Below are positions 58,251 through 64,000 of a stretch of DNA of 64,000 nucleotides, piece after piece (within the stretch, counting starts at the first letter, position 1; every line of letters starts with the position of its first letter). The position numbers were made by a program, and so were the translations under genes. The notes under the pieces are model-generated. The model had not been told where the DNA came from. It saw only the letters and a list, made by a program, of their open reading frames with translations, and searched no databases. The stretch is taken from contig DAISJZ010000003.1 in the NCBI GenBank assembly GCA_036821145.1, positions 16,587 to 80,586 of the forward strand, in the 5' to 3' direction. Source of the stretch: Spirochaetota bacterium. GTDB taxonomy: Bacteria > Spirochaetota > UBA4802 > UBA5550.

Positions 58251-61250
58251 TTACGCCTTCTGAATATTTACCAGAAATGCTTTGAATTCCGGTATTGATG
58301 AGTTAGGATCTCCGACAGAGGGGGTAAGAGTATTACATGAATCACCGGACTCCGCACACCCCTGTCCGAAGTGCCAGATCATACCGACCATCTCTACCAT
58401 CTTTCCATCGACTTTAAAAGGACGCACCCTGTCAGTTACAAGGGCATATGCATCAATTTCACCCCTGGCTGAACTGATCTTGACCTTGTCACCGTTTTTA
58501 ATTCCTTTGGCCTTCGCAAGGGATAAGCTTATTTCGCAGAACATGTCCGGAACAAGCTCTGTGAGCCACGGAAGGTTCCTTGTCATAGCGCCTGCCTGCC
58601 AGTGTTCAACAACCCTGTAGCTGGTTCCGACATACGGGAATCTCCCTGATGTTCCAACTGTTGTTTTCATTGTATCAAGAACTGAAACTGCCGGATTAAG
58701 CTGACGGGAATTCATCAGGTTTCTTGCAACAGTTTCAAGAGGCTCGAAATGCTCAGGTAACGGACCATCGGCAAGAGTCGGAGCAAAAAGTCTTGCAACG
58801 CCTTCAGGATTCATAATGAACGGGTTCTTCTGGTCAGGAGCCGCTGTTCCTCCACCGTCAACTACATCGCCTTTCCATGAACTTCCGGTCCACTTAACAA
58901 CCCATCTCTTCGGATCCCAGGGCTCGCCCTTTCTGTTAACCGCTGCTCTGTTATAAATAATCCTTCTGTTAACAGGCCACGACCATGACCATTCAGGATA
59001 CATACCAATTTTATTGGACGCATCTTTAAGGCCGCGCCTTGCCATCATGTTCCCTTTTTCAGTATAGGAACCGCTGTAGATCCAGTTGCCGCATGCAGTT
59101 GAACCGTCAGCCGCGAGCTTCAGGAAATTCTCCATCTGCTTCCCTTTTTTGCCGTCCTTTCCTACATAGTAGCCGTTTATCTCTTTAGCTACAATATGCG
59201 GATCCGCTTCATGCTCGCCTGGATGTCTGTAGCTCCAGTTTGCTTTGGTTATAGGATCGGGAAGTGCAACTTTCTTCCCCGCCTTTACATCATGTTCATA
59301 CATCTCCCTGATTTTGAGGAAGAGTTCATCAATGAGGTCAAGGTCGGGAATTGAGTTACCAGGGCCATTCTGAGCTTTATATCTCCACTGTGCCCATCTT
59401 CCGGAGTTGGATACACTACCCTCTTTCTCAACGGATGAAACCATAGGAAGGAGGAATACTTCTGTTTTGATTGCCGCAGTGTTAGCTCCCGGCCTCTTCC
59501 AGAATACTGATGTATCTGTTTCCCAGAGGTCAGCGCAGATCATCCAGTCAAGCTTCTCGATAGCTTTAAGTATCAGGTTGGAGTTCGGCCCGCCCACTAT
59601 TGGGTTAGTACCCATAAAGATAGCGCCCTTATGCTGCCCTTTATACATATCCTCAAACATTGTCATGTATGGAACAGGTTTATGCGCTTTCGGAAGGAGG
59701 TCGTAACAGAAATCATTCTCTTTCGTAGCATTCTCTCCGTACCACGCCTTCAGCAGACTGATGAGATACTTAGGCTTGTGCTGCCACCAGTTCATACTCA
59801 TGGGGTCATTGGTTTTAGGAGTATTATTCTTAATATAAGCTTCAAGATTCACATCTTTTGAAGCTACCGGAGCACCAAGGTATCCGGGTATAATGTGCCA
59901 GAGCAGGGCATGGTCTGTTGAACCCTGAACATTTGACTCACCACGAAGCGCATTAATACCGCCGCCGGCGAGACCCATGTTACCCATAAGCATCTGGAGT
60001 ATGGAATATGTACGGATATTCTGAACACCTATTGTATGCTGGGTTGTTCCCATTGCGTACATGATTGTGGCAACTTTATCAGGCTTGTGAGTTGAACAAT
60101 AGAGTTCTGCCACTTTTTTGAAAGATTCAACAGGGCAGCCTGTTATTGCATTCACTTTTTCAGGTGTATACCTTTCAAAGTGTTTCTTCATCAGCTGGTA
60201 CACACAATTGGGATCTTTCAGAGATTTATCTTTCTTTGGAATCCCTTTGTCATCAAGCTGATATTTCCATGTATCTTTAGCATATGTCTTCTTCCCGCTG
60301 TCATAGCCGGAAAAAATACCATCATTAAATTTATATGCAGGATTAATCAGATATGCCGCGTTCGTATACTCTACAACATAATCTTTCTGAATAAGATCAT
60401 TCTGAAGAGCATAGTTAATGATACCGCCCATGAATGCGATATCTGTTCCCGGCCTTATAGGAGCATATACGTCAGCAAGAGATGAAGTCTTTGTAAACCT
60501 TGGATCAACATTGATCAACTTCCCGCCGCGATCTTTTGCTTCCTGAACATATTTGAATGAAATAGGATGGTTTTCTGCTGCGTTACTACCGATTATAAAA
60601 ACTACGTCTGCATTCCGGATATCAATCCAGTGATTTGTCATCGCTCCGCGACCGAATGTAGCCCCCAAACTGGCGACTGTTGAGCTGTGTCAAATCCGGG
60701 CCTGGTGTTCCAGGTACGTTAACCCCATGAGACGCGCGAACTTGGTCCAGACATAGCACTCTTCGTTGTCAAGAGCAGCTCCGCCGAGACCCACAATCCC
60801 TGCAGTACGGTTAACGGTTACATTGTTCTCTTTTTCGATGAAGGTTTTATCCCTTGCATCCTTAATTCTTTCAGCCATCATCTCAAAGGCTTTTTCCCAT
60901 GTGATCTCTTCCCACTGGGTTCCGCCCGGTCTTCTGTACTGAACCTTGTCAAGTCTTCTCTTGATCGGGTTGGATGCTATCTGGTAAAGAGCCGCGCCTT
61001 TTGCACATAAACTCCCTTTATTGATAGGATGTTCCGGATCACCTTCGATGTTTACGACTTTTCCATTACGGGCAGAAACGATTAGACCGCACCCGACACC
61101 GCAATAAGGACAGATTGTTGAACTCTCTTTGGTACCTTTCAGCTTATCCGGTAAAGGCTTGCAACCGGTCAGAAAGGAAGTCCCTCCAAGAAAAGCCCCG
61201 GCCGCTGTCGCACCTGACAGCTTGAGGAAATTTCTTCTGGTAACAGGCAT
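58251..61250 (-). CDS. fdhA: Formate dehydrogenase catalytic (alpha) subunit, Tat-exported, selenocysteine-containing (UGA at 60690..60692 read as Sec)
   Basis: ORFs 60690..61250 and 58251..60668 are in the same frame and separated only by TGA. Read-through gives ...[38 protein letters not shown], the conserved Sec/Cys context of FdnG/FdhF-type enzymes. Twin-arginine signal MPVTRRNFLKLSGATAAGA, N-terminal 4Fe-4S motif CPYCGVGC, and an AGGAGG RBS. Confidence 0.9.
60690..60692 (-). other. UGA selenocysteine recoding codon
   Basis: The plus strand reads TCA, which is TGA on the minus strand, in frame within fdhA. selA, selB and tRNA-Sec are in the same window. Confidence 0.85.
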
Positions 61251-61449
61251 AAATATCCTCCTGGATAGATTTATATATATATTTTTTGTTTGCTTATTAA
61301 AATTTTAATTGAAACCGGCAACAGTTACCCGAAAGTATAGTTCGAGCAAAAAAATATTAGCATCTCAAGTTTTTATGTCAAATTAATTATTATTTTTTTA
61401 TACATAACATATCCATGTGTCATTTTTGACATAATAAAAATTCTCCCGA

Positions 61450-61478
61450 TTGACAAAATATTAATTTCAGAGATAAAT
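61450..61478 (+). promoter_or_regulatory. Sigma70-like promoter
   Basis: TTGACA (61450..61455), 17 nt spacer, ATAAAT (61473..61478). AGGAG at 61484 and ATG at 61495. Confidence 0.45.
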
Positions 61479-61494
61479 AATACAGGAGTCACCA

Positions 61495-62049
61495 ATGGAA
61501 ATAAGGAAAACATGGAACCAGGATTTATATCTTAAAGCTCTCCGTTTCGCGGCAGAGGCACATAACGGGCAGAAAGTTCCCGGAACCGAACTCCCTTATA
61601 TAATGCATGTGGTTTCTGTTGCAATGGAAGTCATGGCAGCAATATGTATTGAAGGTGTAGAGGATCCTGACCTTGCAGTTCAGTGTGCACTACTGCATGA
61701 TACTATAGAGGATACTGAAGTCACAGGCCATGATATAACCCTGATCTTCGGTGCGGAAGTTGCCGCAGGGGTAAAAGCCCTGACAAAAGAGAGTGGACTC
61801 CCGGGAGAGATGAGAATGAAAGATTCAATTTACCGGATATTAAAGATGCCCCGTGAAATTGCCATGGTAAAACTCGCTGACAGGGTGACAAATCTTCAGC
61901 CCCCGCCGGCACACTGGGATGGGAAAAAAATAAAACATTACAGAAAAGAGGCCGTGGTGATTCTTGAACATTTAGGCTTTGCCAGCACCCACCTTGCGGA
62001 GAGGCTGAGGTTTAAACTGGCCGGCTACGGTTCAGGCTCAACAGCCTGA
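61495..62049 (+). CDS. HD-domain protein, RelA/SpoT-hydrolase-like (small alarmone hydrolase type)
   Basis: ALRFAAEAHNGQKVPGTELPYIMHVVSVA...ALLHDTIEDT...KLADRVTNL, the HD (p)ppGpp-hydrolase motif set. 184 aa with no synthetase domain. Confidence 0.7.
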   Translation: MEIRKTWNQDLYLKALRFAAEAHNGQKVPGTELPYIMHVVSVAMEVMAAICIEGVEDPDLAVQCALLHDTIEDTEVTGHDITLIFGAEVAAGVKALTKESGLPGEMRMKDSIYRILKMPREIAMVKLADRVTNLQPPPAHWDGKKIKHYRKEAVVILEHLGFASTHLAERLRFKLAGYGSGSTA

Positions 62050-63131
62050 TCTCCGCACTCCATCTTTTTTGCCTCATATTCATCAAGGATCTTATAGATT
62101 TCCCAGAAAGAATAATAAAGAGAAAGAACAATAGGCCCTATTATTACACCGGGCAGATTAAAGGCCTGTATGCTTCCGAGAAGCAGAAAAAAGAAAAGAA
62201 GAGGATGAAAGCTCAGTTTCTTTCCGAAAGCTTTAGGTTTAACAAGATTCTCAAGAAAAAGGTACCAGAAAAGACACCAGCATGCGACAAAGAGCGCCAT
62301 ACCCGGCTGTCCCATATAGTACAGATATAACGATGCCGGAAGCCAGATAAGTGTTGTTCCGATAACCGGAATAAGCGAAAGTATCGCAGCAATTGTCCCC
62401 CAGAGAAGAGGCATGTTATTTCCTGATATATAAAGCCCCAGTCCAACCATAAAACCCTGCAGGCACATTATAAGAAGGTTGCCCAGCATTAAAACATATA
62501 TTACCTCTTTGAGACGTTCTACAACATCCATCTCCAGTTCCTTGGGCAGAGGGAGAACCCTGTACACAGCCCCCTCAAAATTATATGCGTCTTTTAGAAG
62601 GAAAAAGAGTATAAGCATCATAAGAAAAAAATTAATAGTGAATTTAAGCGGAAATGAGATTATCTCGGTTATACTTTCGAAGAAGGACATGGATGTACTT
62701 TTCACGTAAGTAATTATTCTTTCACCTATTTCAACTTTGCTGACCCCGAAAAAGGATAATCCTTTTTCCACAAAGGGGTGATTGCCGAAATCTTTCAGAA
62801 GCTCCTGTGTTATTGCAAAATGAAGATTATTATAAAGCTGAAACACCTGCTCTGACAAAAGTACCAGCATAAACATTACAGGTATAATTACTATCCCCAT
62901 AAGAAGAAAAATCATAATACTGGAGCTGAAAATTCTTTTTTTTACCAGCACAAGAAGCCTTTCATGGAGAGGCCTTAATGTTACATAGAATAAAAGAGAA
63001 TAAAGGAAGATCCATATATAAAACCTGAAAATATACAGAAGAAAAAGTATTATTAACCCGAAGAGAACCCGGAAGTATAATTTCATCATCCTGTTCTGCT
63101 GAAGCTGTTTGTATGAATTTTTATTAATCAT
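62025..63131 (-). CDS. AI-2E family transporter (PerM/UPF0118)
   Basis: 368 aa polytopic membrane protein whose layout and C-terminal region (IPVIGTTLIWLPASLYL...LVKPKAFGKKLSFHPLLFFFLLLG) are typical of the family. Confidence 0.75.
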   Translation of the reverse strand: MINKNSYKQLQQNRMMKLYFRVLFGLIILFLLYIFRFYIWIFLYSLLFYVTLRPLHERLLVLVKKRIFSSSIMIFLLMGIVIIPVMFMLVLLSEQVFQLYNNLHFAITQELLKDFGNHPFVEKGLSFFGVSKVEIGERIITYVKSTSMSFFESITEIISFPLKFTINFFLMMLILFFLLKDAYNFEGAVYRVLPLPKELEMDVVERLKEVIYVLMLGNLLIMCLQGFMVGLGLYISGNNMPLLWGTIAAILSLIPVIGTTLIWLPASLYLYYMGQPGMALFVACWCLFWYLFLENLVKPKAFGKKLSFHPLLFFFLLLGSIQAFNLPGVIIGPIVLSLYYSFWEIYKILDEYEAKKMECGDQAVEPEP

Positions 63132-63155
63132 AGGCGGCTGATTTCATTGTTTAAT

Positions 63156-63206
63156 CAGTGTTATGAAAAGAATTCAGTTATTCACTTTCTTCTTTTCATA
63201 ACACTG
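63156..63206. repeat. Perfect 15-bp inverted repeat (CAGTGTTATGAAAAG ... CTTTTCATAACACTG) with a 21-nt loop
   Basis: Read directly from the sequence. It lies between the FlgM-like ORF and the transporter start, and there is no U-tract on the minus strand. Confidence 0.6.
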
Positions 63207-63254
63207 CATTTTAAAAATACCCGCAGGCGCCTGAGCGCTAGCCAAAAGTCATTA

Positions 63255-63419
63255 TCACTTGGTCAGATAGTGAGAAAGATCAGTGGCAAGTTTTGAAATT
63301 GCGTGATCAAGATATGATTCATCAGAGATCCGTCTTTTCAGAGCATCAATTTTTTCCTGATCTCCTGAAATTTTACCCTGTCTTATCTCACGATCCTCCA
63401 TTTTCATGAGATTACTCAT
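63255..63419 (-). CDS. Small protein, possible anti-sigma-28 factor FlgM-like (not in the ORF track, 54 aa)
   Basis: MSNLMKMEDREIRQGKISGDQEKIDALKRRISDESYLDHAISKLATDLSHYLTK. GGAGG lies 8 nt upstream of the ATG. The KIDALKRRISDESY.LD...ISKLA segment resembles the FlgM C-terminal helix pattern (kv..lk.aI..G.Y.vD...iA.kl). Confidence 0.35.
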   Translation of the reverse strand: MSNLMKMEDREIRQGKISGDQEKIDALKRRISDESYLDHAISKLATDLSHYLTK

Positions 63420-63650
63420 AGAAAACCTCCGCAGCCCTCCGCTCCTCCCTGAGCAGATTTACCGGCCTCAATCTTTAATCGACAGCATTTATAATTTAAT
63501 AAATAACTTTTCCCTTTTCAAGGGGCTGATTATCTTATTATTTTTCATTAATTTTAATGTACAAAAGCTATTGTATTATACATATTTTTGCTTATATTCC
63601 AGTATATGTGTTTTTTATCACACTATTTATACTGTTAAGAATATTTTTTA

Positions 63651-63678
63651 TTGACTTAGCTCAATTATGTCGTATTAT
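63651..63678 (+). promoter_or_regulatory. Sigma70-like promoter
   Basis: TTGACT (63651..63656), 16 nt spacer, TATTAT (63673..63678), upstream of ATG 63707. Confidence 0.35.
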
Positions 63679-63706
63679 TTTGCTACAAAATTCCGGTATA
63701 CTGATA

Positions 63707-64000
63707 ATGCCTTCAGATCTAAACACATACCAGATAAGGACATTGCGGATTATGGCCCACCTTCTTGAAAAGGATGCCATCGACGACGCAATTATAGAAG
63801 AGTTATGGAAAAATGATCTTGAATTTTTCTCCCTTCTGGAAATGAACAGACGTCTCGGGGAGATAATTAATATTGATCCTAAAACCGGGCTTCTAAGGCA
63901 TAACCATAATTATCTCTCAGATATTATTAAAACTGCATCCCGTCTGATGAATAACATGAACCAGACGTGGCTTGAAGTGAGCTTCGTGAGATTCGATATC
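63707..64000 (+). CDS. Probable diguanylate cyclase (GGDEF) protein, 3'-partial
   Basis: Open frame to the window end: MPSDLNTYQIRTLRIMAHLLEKD...IDPKTGLLRHNHNYLSDIIKTASRL...EVSFVRFDI. D.kTGL.n...f and the following v.f.D(ID.FK) match the start of a GGDEF domain. The GGDEF motif itself lies outside the window. Confidence 0.45.
   Translation, partial: MPSDLNTYQIRTLRIMAHLLEKDAIDDAIIEELWKNDLEFFSLLEMNRRLGEIINIDPKTGLLRHNHNYLSDIIKTASRLMNNMNQTWLEVSFVRFDI

Noticed and set aside
60669-60692. Reading the fdh alpha subunit as two genes, or as a pseudogene broken by a nonsense mutation
   Set aside because: The stop is TGA exactly at the conserved Sec/Cys position, the frame is continuous, and selA, selB and tRNA-Sec are present in the window. 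Sec recoding is the simpler explanation.
63406-63654. 82 aa plus-strand ORF
   Set aside because: It is AT-rich, low-complexity sequence (Ile/Phe/Tyr/Leu) and overlaps the RBS and start of the better-supported minus-strand FlgM-like ORF. The region is otherwise promoter-like.

Overview
This is a moderately AT-rich, densely coded bacterial chromosomal window with about 55 protein genes and 2 tRNAs. I saw no rRNA, CRISPR array, transposase, integrase or phage genes. Most of it is core metabolism and translation (hisG-hisE, tadA, lon, cca, rpiB, leuS, coaX, prmC-prfA). These genes are interleaved with predicted envelope and lipoproteins and an unusually high density of signalling genes: three hybrid histidine kinases, a class I adenylate cyclase, two cNMP-binding proteins, a PTS EIIA, an HD-type (p)ppGpp-hydrolase-like protein and a GGDEF fragment. 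The points most worth a second look are these. (1) A selenocysteine set (selA-selB and tRNA-Sec) sits with a Tat-exported formate dehydrogenase catalytic subunit that the ORF track splits at an in-frame UGA. (2) A 62-63 bp tandem repeat rich in GGGA..TTCC palindromes lies in the divergent selA / ACT-UPF0210 promoter region. (3) Three perfect DnaA boxes and one near-perfect box, plus tandem AT-rich palindromes, lie in a 695 bp intergenic region with no dnaA nearby. (4) A full-length enterobacterial-type (class I) adenylate cyclase appears in what does not look like a gammaproteobacterium. (5) An uncharacterised three-gene operon encodes a lamin-tail-domain protein, a ComEA-like HhH protein and a beta-barrel protein. 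(6) Several families of intergenic inverted-repeat (MITE/REP-like) elements are present, two copies of one family in tandem next to tRNA-Sec. I could not identify a classical defence island or mobile element, and the candidate novel systems are hypotheses from domain grammar and sequence patterns only. The taxon is uncertain. The Sec-dependent periplasmic FdhAB, DUF1566 proteins, a FlgM-like gene and FlgD-Ig/T9SS-like C-termini suggest an anaerobic, flagellated diderm, possibly from a poorly cultivated lineage.
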